From assembly GCF_009914755.1 (NCBI RefSeq), contig NC_060931.1: DNA of 64,000 bases; one strand, given 5' to 3'. Under the pieces are notes generated by a model. The model saw only the letters and a program-made list of their open reading frames with translations, had not been told where the DNA came from and did not search any database. Made by a program: the position numbers and the translations under genes. Source of the stretch: the human T2T-CHM13v2.0 reference genome, Homo sapiens. Within the stretch, counting starts at the first letter, position 1, and the number at the start of each line of letters is the position of its first letter. Shown in pieces: positions 1 to 12,700 of the stretch.

Positions 1-231
1 GCAGATTTGAAACACTCTTGCTGTGGCATTTTCAGGTGGAGATTTCAAGCGATTTGAGGACAATTGCAGAAAAGGAAATATCTTCGTATAATAACCAGAC
101 AGAATCATTCTCAGAAAGTGCTTTGTGATGTGTGCGTTCAACTCACAGAGTTTAACCTTTCTTTTCATAGAGGAGTTTGGAAACACACTGTTTGTAAAGT
201 CTGCAAGTGGATATATGGACCTGTTTGAGGC

Positions 232-248
232 CTTCGTTGGAAACGGGA
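232..248 (+). promoter_or_regulatory. CENP-B box, canonical (monomer 1 of each HOR)
   Basis: CTTCGTTGGAAACGGGA, exact 17-bp CENP-B box; recurs every HOR except the 4-mer variant. Confidence 0.97.
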
Positions 249-571
249 TTTCTTCATTGAATGCTAGACGGAAGAATTCTCAGTAAATTCTTTGTGTTGT
301 GTGCATTCAACTCACAGAGTGGAACGTCCCTTTAGACAGAGCAGATTTGAAACACTCTTTTTGCGGAATTTGCAAGTGGAGATTTCTAGCCATTTGATGC
401 CAACAGTAGAAAGGGAAATATCTTCAAATAAAAACCAGACAGAATCATTCTCAGAAAATTCTTTGTGATGTGTGCGTTCAACTCACATAGTTTAACCTTT
501 CTTTTCATAGAGCAGTTTGGAAACACTCTGTTTGTAAAGTCTGCAAGTGGATATATGGACCGCATTGAGGC

Positions 572-588
572 CTTCGTTGGAAACGGGA
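572..588 (+). promoter_or_regulatory. CENP-B box, canonical (monomer 3 of each HOR)
   Basis: CTTCGTTGGAAACGGGA, 340 bp after the first box. Confidence 0.97.
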
Positions 589-740
589 TTTCTTCATTTC
601 ATGCTAGACAGAAGAATTCTCAGTAACTTCTTTGTGCTGTGTGTATTCAACTCACAGAGTGGAACGTCCCTTTGCACAGAGCAGATTTGAAACACTCTTT
701 TTGTGGAGTTTGCAAGTGGAGATTTCAAGCGATTTGATGC

Positions 741-757
741 CAACAGTAGAAAAGGAA
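741..757 (+). promoter_or_regulatory. pJalpha-like (A-box) motif of A-type monomers, degenerate
   Basis: CAACAGTAGAAAAGGAA at the position homologous to the CENP-B box; related motifs at 61-77 (CAATTGCAGAAAAGGAA) and 401-417 (CAACAGTAGAAAGGGAA). Only a partial match to the pJalpha consensus. Confidence 0.6.
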
Positions 758-878
758 ATATCTTCAAATAAAAACTAGACAGAATCCTTCTCAGAAACTA
801 CTTTGTGATGTGTGCCTTCAACTCACAGAGTTTAACCTTTCTTTTCTTAGAGCAGTTTAGAAACACTCTGCTTGTTAC

Positions 879-3800
879 GTCTGCAAGTGGATATTTGGAC
901 CTCTTTGAGGCCTTCGTTGCAAACGGGGTTTCTTCCTTTCATGCTAGACTAAGAAGAGTTCTCAGTAACTTTTTTGTGTTGTGTGTATTCAACTCACAGA
1001 GTTGAACCTTGCTTTAGAGAGAGCAGATTTGAAACACTCTTGCTGTGGCATTTTCAGGTGGAGATTTCAAGCGATTTGAGGACAATTGCAGAAAAGGAAA
1101 TATCTTCGTATAATAACCAGACAGAATCATTCTCAGAAAGTGCTTTGTGATGTGTGCGTTCAACTCACAGAGTTTAACCTTTCTTTTCATAGAGGAGTTT
1201 GGAAACACACTGTTTGTAAAGTCTGCAAGTGGATACATGGACCTGTTTGAGGCCTTCGTTGGAAACGGGATTTCTTCATTGAATGCTAGACGGAAGAATT
1301 CTCAGTAAATTCTTTGTGTTGTGTGCATTCAACTCACAGAGTGGAACGTCCCTTTAGACAGAGCAGATTTGAAACACTCTTTTTGCGGAATTTGCAAGTG
1401 GAGATTTCTAGCCATTTGATGCCAACAGTAGAAAGGGAAATATCTTCAAATAAAAACCAGACAGAATCATTCTCAGAAAATTCTTTGTGATGTGTGCGTT
1501 CAACTCACATAGTTTAACCTTTCTTTTCATAGAGCAGTTTGGAAACACTCTGTTTGTAAAGTCTGCAAGTGGATATATGGACCGCATTGAGGCCTTCGTT
1601 GGAAACGGGATTTCTTCATTTCATGCTAGACAGAAGAATTCTCAGTAACTTCTTTGTGCTGTGTGTATTCAACTCACAGAGTGGAACGTCCCTTTGCACA
1701 GAGCAGATTTGAAACACTCTTTTTGTGGAGTTTGCAAGTGGAGATTTCAAGCGATTTGATGCCAACAGTAGAAAAGGAAATATCTTCAAATAAAAACTAG
1801 ACAGAATCATTCTCAGAAACTACTTTGTGATGTGTGCCTTCAACTCACAGAGTTCAACCTTTCTTTTCTTAGAGCAGTTTAGAAACACTCTGCTTGTTAT
1901 GTCTGCAAGTGGATATTTGGACCTCTTTGAGGCCTTCGTTGCAAACGGGGTTTCTTCCTTTCATGCTAGACTAAGAAGAGTTCTCAGTAACTTTTTTGTG
2001 TTGTGTGTATTCAACTCACAGAGTTGAACCTTGCTTTAGAGAGAGCAGATTTGAAACACTCTTGCTGTGGCATTTTCAGGTGGAGATTTCAAGCGATTTG
2101 AGGACAATTGCAGAAAAGGAAATATCTTCGTATAATAACCAGACAGAATCATTCTCAGAAAGTGCTTTGTGATGTGTGCGTTCAACTCACAGAGTTTAAC
2201 CTTTCTTTTCATAGAGGAGTTTGGAAACACACTGTTTGTAAACTCTGCAAGTGGATACATGGACCTGTTTGAGGCCTTCGTTGGAAACGGGATTTCTTCA
2301 TTGAATGCTAGACGGAAGAATTCTCAGTAAATTCTTTGTGTTGTGTGCATTCAACTCACAGAGTGGAACGTCCCTTTAGACAGAGCAGATTTGAAACACT
2401 CTTTTTGCGGAATTTGCAAGTGGAGATTTCTAGCCATTTGATGCCAACAGTAGAAAGGGAAATATCTTCAAATAAAAACCAGACAGAATCATTCTCAGAA
2501 AATTCTTTGTGATGTGTGCGTTCAACTCACATAGTTTAACCTTTCTTTTCATAGAGCAGTTTGGAAACACTCTGTTTGTAAAGTCTGCAAGTGGATATAT
2601 GGACCGCATTGAGGCCTTCGTTGGAAACGGGATTTCTTCATTTCATGCTAGACAGAAGAATTCTCAGTAACTTCTTTGTGCTGTGTGTATTCAACTCACA
2701 GAGTGGAACGTCCCTTTGCACAGAGCAGATTGGAAACACTCTTTTTGTGGAGTTTGCAAGTGGAGATTTCAAGCGATTTGATGCCAACAGTAGAAAAGGA
2801 AATATCTTCAAATAAAAACTAGACAGAATCATTCTCAGAAACTACTTTGTGATGTGTGCCTTCAACTCACAGAGTTCAACCTTTCTTTTCTTAGAGCAGT
2901 TTAGAAACACTCTGCTTGTTATGTCTGCAAGTGGATATTTGGACCTCTTTGAGGCCTTCGTTGCAAACGGGGTTTCTTCCTTTCATGCTAGACTAAGAAG
3001 AGTTCTCAGTAACTTTTTTGTGTTGTGTGTATTCAACTCACAGAGTTGAACCTTGCTTTAGAGAGAGCAGATTTGAAACACTCTTGCTGTGGCATTTTCA
3101 GGTGGAGATTTCAAGCGATTTGAGGACAATTGCAGAAAAGGAAATATCTTCGTATAATAACCAGACAGAATCATTCTCAGAAAGTGCTTTGTGATGTGTG
3201 CGTTCAACTCACAGAGTTTAACCTTTCTTTTCATAGAGGAGTTTGGAAACACACTGTTTGTAAAGTCTGCAAGTGGATACATGGACCTGTTTGAGGCCTT
3301 CGTTGGAAACGGGATTTCTTCATTGAATGCTAGACGGAAGAATTCTCAGTAAATTCTTTGTGTTGTGTGCATTCAACTCACAGAGTGGAACGTCCCTTTA
3401 GACAGAGCAGATTTGAAACACTCTTTTTGCGGAATTTGCAAGTGGAGATTTCTAGCCATTTGATGCCAACAGTAGAAAGGGAAATATCTTCAAATAAAAA
3501 CCAGACAGAATCATTCTCAGAAAATTCTTTGTGATGTGTGCGTTCAACTCACATAGTTTAACCTTTCTTTTCATAGAGCAGTTTGGAAACACTCTGTTTG
3601 TAAAGTCTGCAAGTGGATATATGGACCGCATTGAGGCCTTCGTTGGAAACGGGATTTCTTCATTTCATGCTAGACAGAAGAATTCTCAGTAACTTCTTTG
3701 TGCTGTGTGTATTCAACTCACAGAGTGGAACGTCCCTTTGCACAGAGCAGATTTGAAACACTCTTTTTGTGGAGTTTGCAAGTGGAGATTTCAAGCGATT

Positions 3801-5323
3801 TGATGCCAACAGTAGAAAAGGAAATATCTTCAAATAAAAACTAGACAGAATCATTCTCAGAAACTACTTTGTGATGTGTGCCTTCAACTCACAGAGTTCA
3901 ACCTTTCTTTTCTTAGAGCAGTTTAGAAACACTCTGCTTGTTATGTCTGCAAGTGGATATTTGGACCTCTTTGAGGCCTTCGTTGCAAACGGGGTTTCTT
4001 CCTTTCATGCTAGACTAAGAAGAGTTCTCAGTAACTTTTTTGTGTTGTGTGTATTCAACTCACAGAGTTGAACCTTGCTTTAGAGAGAGCAGATTTGAAA
4101 CACTCTTGCTGTGGCATTTTCAGGTGGAGATTTCAAGCGATTTGAGGACAATTGCAGAAAAGGAAATATCTTCGTATAATAACCAGACAGAATCATTCTC
4201 AGAAAGTGCTTTGTGATGTGTGCGTTCAACTCACAGAGTTTAACCTTTCTTTTCATAGAGGAGTTTGGAAACACACTGTTTGTAAACTCTGCAAGTGGAT
4301 ACATGGACCTGTTTGAGGCCTTCGTTGGAAACGGGATTTCTTCATTGAATGCTAGACGGAAGAATTCTCAGTAAATTCTTTGTGTTGTGTGCATTCAACT
4401 CACAGAGTGGAACGTCCCTTTAGACAGAGCAGATTTGAAACACTCTTTTTGCGGAATTTGCAAGTGGAGATTTCTAGCCATTTGATGCCAACAGTAGAAA
4501 GGGAAATATCTTCAAATAAAAACCAGACAGAATCATTCTCAGAAAATTCTTTGTGATGTGTGCGTTCAACTCACATAGTTTAACCTTTCTTTTCATAGAG
4601 CAGTTTGGAAACACTCTGTTTGTAAAGTCTGCAAGTGGATATATGGACCGCATTGAGGCCTTCGTTGGAAACGGGATTTCTTCATTTCATGCTAGACAGA
4701 AGAATTCTCAGTAACTTCTTTGTGCTGTGTGTATTCAACTCACAGAGTGGAACGTCCCTTTGCACAGAGCAGATTGGAAACACTCTTTTTGTGGAGTTTG
4801 CAAGTGGAGATTTCAAGCGATTTGATGCCAACAGTAGAAAAGGAAATATCTTCAAATAAAAACTAGACAGAATCATTCTCAGAAACTACTTTGTGATGTG
4901 TGCCTTCAACTCACAGAGTTCAACCTTTCTTTTCTTAGAGCAGTTTAGAAACACTCTGCTTGTTATGTCTGCAAGTGGATATTTGGACCTCTTTGAGGCC
5001 TTCGTTGCAAACGGGGTTTCTTCCTTTCATGCTAGACTAAGAAGAGTTCTCAGTAACTTTTTTGTGTTGTGTGTATTCAACTCACAGAGTTGAACCTTGC
5101 TTTAGAGAGAGCAGATTTGAAACACTCTTGCTGTGGCATTTTCAGGTGGAGATTTCAAGCGATTTGAGGACAATTGCAGAAAAGGAAATATCTTCGTATA
5201 ATAACCAGACAGAATCATTCTCAGAAAGTGCTTTGTGATGTGTGCGTTCAACTCACAGAGTTTAACCTTTCTTTTCATAGAGGAGTTTGGAAACACACTG
5301 TTTGTAAAGTCTGCAAGTGGATA
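879..5323 (+). repeat. Tandem duplication of a 2-HOR (2044-bp) block
   Basis: Private variants pair at 2243/4287 (G>C) and 2732/4776 (T>G), offset 2044; bounded by mismatches at 878 vs 2922 and 3280 vs 5324. Confidence 0.8.
912..928 (+). promoter_or_regulatory. CENP-B box, variant with intact core (monomer 5 of each HOR)
   Basis: CTTCGTTGCAAACGGGG; differs at positions 9 and 17 but keeps the NTTCGNNNNANNCGGGN core. Confidence 0.9.
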
Positions 5324-8300
5324 TATGGACCTGTTTGAGGCCTTCGTTGGAAACGGGATTTCTTCATTGAATGCTAGACGGAAGAATTCTCAGTAAATTC
5401 TTTGTGTTGTGTGCATTCAACTCACAGAGTGGAACGTCCCTTTAGACAGAGCAGATTTGAAACACTCTTTTTGCGGAATTTGCAAGTGGAGATTTCTAGC
5501 CATTTGATGCCAACAGTAGAAAGGGAAATATCTTCAAATAAAAACCAGACAGAATCATTCTCAGAAAATTCTTTGTGATGTGTGCGTTCAACTCACATAG
5601 TTTAACCTTTCTTTTCATAGAGCAGTTTGGAAACACTCTGTTTGTAAAGTCTGCAAGTGGATATATGGACCGCATTGAGGCCTTCGTTGGAAACGGGATT
5701 TCTTCATTTCATGCTAGACAGAAGAATTCTCAGTAACTTCTTTGTGCTGTGTGTATTCAACTCACAGAGTGGAACGTCCCTTTGCACAGAGCAGATTTGA
5801 AACACTCTTTTTGTGGAGTTTGCAAGTGGAGATTTCAAGCGATTTGATGCCAACAGTAGAAAAGGAAATATCTTCAAATAAAAACTAGACAGAATCATTC
5901 TCAGAAACTACTTTGTGATGTGTGCCTTCAACTCACAGAGTTCAACCTTTCTTTTCTTAGAGCAGTTTAGAAACACTCTGCTTGTTATGTCTGCAAGTGG
6001 ATATTTGGACCTCTTTGAGGCCTTCGTTGCAAACGGGGTTTCTTCCTTTCATGCTAGACTAAGAAGAGTTCTCAGTAACTTTTTTGTGTTGTGTGTATTC
6101 AACTCACAGAGTTGAACCTTGCTTTAGAGAGAGCAGATTTGAAACACTCTTGCTGTGGCATTTTCAGGTGGAGATTTCAAGCGATTTGAGGACAATTGCA
6201 GAAAAGGAAATATCTTCGTATAATAACCAGACAGAATCATTCTCAGAAAGTGCTTTGTGATGTGTGCGTTCAACTCACAGAGTTTAACCTTTCTTTTCAT
6301 AGAGGAGTTTGGAAACACACTGTTTGTAAAGTCTGCAAGTGGATATATGGACCTGTTTGAGGCCTTCGTTGGAAACGGGATTTCTTCATTGAATGCTAGA
6401 CGGAAGAATTCTCAGTAAATTCTTTGTGTTGTGTGCATTCAACTCACAGAGTGGAACGTCCCTTTAGACAGAGCAGATTTGAAACACTCTTTTTGCGGAA
6501 TTTGCAAGTGGAGATTTCTAGCCATTTGATGCCAACAGTAGAAAGGGAAATATCTTCAAATAAAAACCAGACAGAATCATTCTCAGAAAATTCTTTGTGA
6601 TGTGTGCGTTCAACTCACATAGTTTAACCTTTCTTTTCATAGAGCAGTTTGGAAACACTCTGTTTGTAAAGTCTGCAAGTGGATATATGGACCGCATTGA
6701 GGCCTTCGTTGGAAACGGGATTTCTTCATTTCATGCTAGACAGAAGAATTCTCAGTAACTTCTTTGTGCTGTGTGTATTCAACTCACAGAGTGGAACGTC
6801 CCTTTGCACAGAGCAGATTTGAAACACTCTTTTTGTGGAGTTTGCAAGTGGAGATTTCAAGCGATTTGATGCCAACAGTAGAAAAGGAAATATCTTCAAA
6901 TAAAAACTAGACAGAATCATTCTCAGAAACTACTTTGTGATGTGTGCCTTCAACTCACAGAGTTCAACCTTTCTTTTCTTAGAGCAGTTTAGAAACACTC
7001 TGCTTGTTATGTCTGCAAGTGGATATTTGGACCTCTTTGAGGCCTTCGTTGCAAACGGGGTTTCTTCCTTTCATGCTAGACTAAGAAGAGTTCTCAGTAA
7101 CTTTTTTGTGTTGTGTGTATTCAACTCACAGAGTTGAACCTTGCTTTAGAGAGAGCAGATTTGAAACACTCTTGCTGTGGCATTTTCAGGTGGAGATTTC
7201 AAGCGATTTGAGGACAATTGCAGAAAAGGAAATATCTTCGTATAATAACCAGACAGAATCATTCTCAGAAAGTGCTTTGTGATGTGTGCGTTCAACTCAC
7301 AGAGTTTAACCTTTCTTTTCATAGAGGAGTTTGGAAACACACTGTTTGTAAAGTCTGCAAGTGGATACATGGACCTGTTTGAGGCCTTCGTTGGAAACGG
7401 GATTTCTTCATTGAATGCTAGACGGAAGAATTCTCAGTAAATTCTTTGTGTTGTGTGCATTCAACTCACAGAGTGGAACGTCCCTTTAGACAGAGCAGAT
7501 TTGAAACACTCTTTTTGCGGAATTTGCAAGTGGAGATTTCTAGCCATTTGATGCCAACAGTAGAAAGGGAAATATCTTCAAATAAAAACCAGACAGAATC
7601 ATTCTCAGAAAATTCTTTGTGATGTGTGCGTTCAACTCACATAGTTTAACCTTTCTTTTCATAGAGCAGTTTGGAAACACTCTGTTTGTAAAGTCTGCAA
7701 GTGGATATATGGACCGCATTGAGGCCTTCGTTGGAAACGGGATTTCTTCATTTCATGCTAGACAGAAGAATTCTCAGTAACTTCTTTGTGCTGTGTGTAT
7801 TCAACTCACAGAGTGGAACGTCCCTTTGCACAGAGCAGATTTGAAACACTCTTTTTGTGGAGTTTGCAAGTGGAGATTTCAAGCGATTTGATGCCAACAG
7901 TAGAAAAGGAAATATCTTCAAATAAAAACTAGACAGAATCATTCTCAGAAACTACTTTGTGATGTGTGCCTTCAACTCACAGAGTTCAACCTTTCTTTTC
8001 TTAGAGCAGTTTAGAAACACTCTGCTTGTTATGTCTGCAAGTGGATATTTGGACCTCTTTGAGGCCTTCGTTGCAAACGGGGTTTCTTCCTTTCATGCTA
8101 GACTAAGAAGAGTTCTCAGTAACTTTTTTGTGTTGTGTGTATTCAACTCACAGAGTTGAACCTTGCTTTAGAGAGAGCAGATTTGAAACACTCTTGCTGT
8201 GGCATTTTCAGGTGGAGATTTCAAGCGATTTGAGGACAATTGCAGAAAAGGAAATATCTTCGTATAATAACCAGACAGAATCATTCTCAGAAAGTGCTTT

Positions 8301-9754
8301 GTGATGTGTGCGTTCAACTCACAGAGTTTAACCTTTCTTTTCATAGAGGAGTTTGGAAACACACTGTTTGTAAAGTCTGCAAGTGGATATATGGACCTGT
8401 TTGAGGCCTTCGTTGGAAACGGGATTTCTTCATTGAATGCTAGACGGAAGAATTCTCAGTAAATTCTTTGTGTTGTGTGCATTCAACTCACAGAGTGGAA
8501 CGTCCCTTTAGACAGAGCAGATTTGAAACACTCTTTTTGCGGAATTTGCAAGTGGAGATTTCTAGCCATTTGATGCCAACAGTAGAAAAGGAAATATCTT
8601 CAAATAAAAACCAGACAGAATCATTCTCAGAAAATTCTTTGTGATGTGTGCGTTCAACTCACATAGTTTAACCTTTCTTTTCATAGAGCAGTTTGGAAAC
8701 ACTCTGTTTGTAAAGTCTGCAAGTGGATATATGGACCGCATTGAGGCCTTCGTTGGAAACGGGATTTCTTCATTTCATGCTAGACAGAAGAATTCTCAGT
8801 AACTTCTTTGTGCTGTGTGTATTCAACTCACAGAGTGGAACGTCCCTTTGCACAGAGCAGATTTGAAACACTCTTTTTGTGGAGTTTGCAAGTGGAGATT
8901 TCAAGCGATTTGATGCCAACAGTAGAAAAGGAAATATCTTCAAATAAAAACTAGACAGAATCATTCTCAGAAACTACTATGTGATGTGTGCCTTCAACTC
9001 ACAGAGTTCAACCTTTCTTTTCTTAGAGCAGTTTAGAAACACTCTGCTTGTTATGTCTGCAAGTGGATATTTGGACCTCTTTGAGGCCTTCGTTGCAAAC
9101 GGGGTTTCTTCCTTTCATGCTAGACTAAGAAGAGTTCTCAGTAACTTTTTTGTGTTGTGTGTATTCAACTCACAGAGTTGGACCTTGCTTTAGAGAAAGC
9201 AGATTTGAAACACTCTTGCTGTGGCATTTTCAGGTGGAGATTTCAAGCGATTTGAGGACAATTGCAGAAAAGGAAATATCTTCGTATAATAACCAGACAG
9301 AATCATTCTCAGAAAGTGCTTTGTGATGTGTGCGTTCAACTCACAGAGTTTAACCTTTCTTTTCATAGAGGAGTTTGGAAACACACTGTTTGTAAAGTCT
9401 GCAAGTGGATATATGGACCTGTTTGAGTCCTTCGTTGGAAACGGGATTTCTTCATTGAATGCTAGACGGAAGAATTCTCAGTAAATTCTTTGTGTTGTGT
9501 GCATTCAACTCACAGAGTGGAACGTCCCTTTAGACAGAGCAGATTTGAAACACTCTTTTTGCGGAATTTGCAAGTGGAGATTTCTAGCCATTTGATGCCA
9601 ACAGTAGAAAAGGAAATATCTTCAAATAAAAACCAGACAGAATCATTCTCAGAAAATTCTTTGTGATGTGTGCGTTCAACTCACATAGTTTAACCTTTCT
9701 TTTCATAGAGCAGTTTGGAAACACTCTGTTTGTAAAGTCTGCAAGTGGATATAT

Positions 9755-12700
9755 GGACCGCATTGAGGCCTTCGTTGGAAACGGGATTTCTTCATTTCAT
9801 GCTAGACAGAAGAATTCTCAGTAACTTCTTTGTGCTGTGTGTATTCAACTCACAGAGTGGAACGTCCCTTTGCACAGAGCAGATTTGAAACACTCTTTTT
9901 GTGGAGTTTGCAAGTGGAGATTTCAAGCGATTTGATGCCAACAGTAGAAAAGGAAATATCTTCAAATAAAAACTAGACAGAATCATTCTCAGAAACTACT
10001 TTGTGATGTGTGCCTTCAACTCACAGAGTTCAACCTTTCTTTTCTTAGAGCAGTTTAGAAACACTCTGCTTGTTATGTCTGCAAGTGGATATTTGGACCT
10101 CTTTGAGGCCTTCGTTGCAAACGGGGTTTCTTCCTTTCATGCTAGACTAAGAAGAGTTCTCAGTAACTTTTTTGTGTTGTGTGTATTCAACTCACAGAGT
10201 TGAACCTTGCTTTAGAGAGAGCAGATTTGAAACACTCTTGCTGTGGCATTTTCAGGTGGAGATTTCAAGCGATTTGAGGACAATTGCAGAAAAGGAAATA
10301 TCTTCGTATAATAACCAGACAGAATCATTCTCAGAAAGTGCTTTGTGATGTGTGCGTTCAACTCACAGAGTTTAACCTTTCTTTTCATAGAGGAGTTTGG
10401 AAACACACTGTTTGTAAAGTCTGCAAGTGGATATATGGACCTGTTTGAGGCCTTCGTTGGAAACGGGATTTCTTCATTGAATGCTAGACGGAAGAATTCT
10501 CAGTAAATTCTTTGTGTTGTGTGCATTCAACTCACAGAGTGGAACGTCCCTTTAGACAGAGCAGATTTGAAACACTCTTTTTGCGGAATTTGCAAGTGGA
10601 GATTTCTAGCCATTTGATGCCAACAGTAGAAAGGGAAATATCTTCAAATAAAAACCAGACAGAATCATTCTCAGAAAATTCTTTGTGATGTGTGCGTTCA
10701 ACTCACATAGTTTAACCTTTCTTTTCATAGAGCAGTTTGGAAACACTCTGTTTGTAAAGTCTGCAAGTGGATATATGGACCGCATTGAGGCCTTCGTTGG
10801 AAACGGGATTTCTTCATTTCATGCTAGACAGAAGAATTCTCAGTAACTTCTTTGTGCTGTGTGTATTCAACTCACAGAGTGGAACGTCCCTTTGCACAGA
10901 GCAGATTTGAAACACTCTTTTTGTGGAGTTTGCAAGTGGAGATTTCAAGCGATTTGATGCCAACAGTAGAAAAGGAAATATCTTCAAATAAAAACTAGAC
11001 AGAATCATTCTCAGAAACTACTTTGTGATGTGTGCCTTCAACTCACAGAGTTCAACCTTTCTTTTCTTAGAGCAGTTTAGAAACACTCTGCTTGTTATGT
11101 CTGCAAGTGGATATTTGGACCTCTTTGAGGACTTCGTTGCAAACGGGGTTTCTTCCTTTCATGCTAGACTAAGAAGAGTTCTCAGTAACTTTTTTGTGTT
11201 GTGTGTATTCAACTCACAGAGTTGAACCTTGCTTTAGAGAGAGCAGATTTGAAACACTCTTGCTGTGGCATTTTCAGGTGGAGATTTCAAGCGATTTGAG
11301 GACAATTGCAGAAAAGGAAATATCTTCGTATAATAACCAGACAGAATCATTCTCAGAAAGTGCTTTGTGATGTGTGCGTTCAACTCACAGAGTTTAACCT
11401 TTCTTTTCATAGAGGAGTTTGGAAACACACTGTTTGTAAAGTCTGCAAGTGGATATATGGACCTGTTTGAGGCCTTCGTTGGAAACGGGATTTCTTCATT
11501 GAATGCTAGACGGAAGAATTCTCAGTAAATTCTTTGTGTTGTGTGCATTCAACTCACAGAGTGGAACGTCCCTTTAGACAGAGCAGATTTGAAACACTCT
11601 TTTTGCGGAATTTGCAAGTGGAGATTTCTAGCCATTTGATGCCAACAGTAGAAAGGGAAATATCTTCAAATAAAAACCAGACAGAATCATTCTCAGAAAA
11701 TTCTTTGTGATGTGTGCGTTCAACTCACATAGTTTAACCTTTCTTTTCATAGAGCAGTTTGGAAACACTCTGTTTGTAAAGTCTGCAAGTGGATATATGG
11801 ACCGCATTGAGGCCTTCGTTGGAAACGGGATTTCTTCATTTCATGCTAGACAGAAGAATTCTCAGTAACTTCTTTGTGCTGTGTGTATTCAACTCACAGA
11901 GTGGAACGTCCCTTTGCACAGAGCAGATTTGAAACACTCTTTTTGTGGAGTTTGCAAGTGGAGATTTCAAGCGATTTGATGCCAACAGTAGAAAAGGAAA
12001 TATCTTCAAATAAAAACTAGACAGAATCATTCTCAGAAACTACTTTGTGATGTGTGCCTTCAACTCACAGAGTTCAACCTTTCTTTTCTTAGAGCAGTTT
12101 AGAAACACTCTGCTTGTTATGTCTGCAAGTGGATATTTGGACCTCTTTGAGGCCTTCGTTGCAAACGGGGTTTCTTCCTTTCATGCTAGACTAAGAAGAG
12201 TTCTCAGTAACTTTTTTGTGTTGTGTGTATTCAACTCACAGAGTTGAACCTTGCTTTAGAGAGAGCAGATTTGAAACACTCTTGCTGTGGCATTTTCAGG
12301 TGGAGATTTCAAGCGATTTGAGGACAATTGCAGAAAAGGAAATATCTTCGTATAATAACCAGACAGAATCATTCTCAGAAAGTGCTTTGTGATGTGTGCG
12401 TTCAACTCACAGAGTTTAACCTTTCTTTTCATAGAGGAGTTTGGAAACACACTGTTTGTAAAGTCTGCAAGTGGATATATGGACCTGTTTGAGGCCTTCG
12501 TTGGAAACGGGATTTCTTCATTGAATGCTAGACGGAAGAATTCTCAGTAAATTCTTTGTGTTGTGTGCATTCAACTCACAGAGTGGAACGTCCCTTTAGA
12601 CAGAGCAGATTTGAAACACTCTTTTTGCGGAATTTGCAAGTGGAGATTTCTAGCCATTTGATGCCAACAGTAGAAAGGGAAATATCTTCAAATAAAAACC

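Larger units (their letters stand above)
106..1127 (+). repeat. Representative full 6-mer HOR unit (monomers 106-274, 275-445, 446-614, 615-785, 786-956, 957-1127)
   Basis: Monomer starts set at C/AATTCTCAG equivalents; lengths 169+171+169+171+171+171=1022. GAATTC at 274-279 and 614-619; the third site reads GAGTTC. Monomer 5 carries a 2-bp TA insertion (GACTAAGAAG, ~950-951). Confidence 0.95.

Noticed and set aside
912-928. Monomer-5 box as a dead CENP-B box
   Set aside because: Its differences are at non-core positions 9 and 17; the nine core bases are retained.
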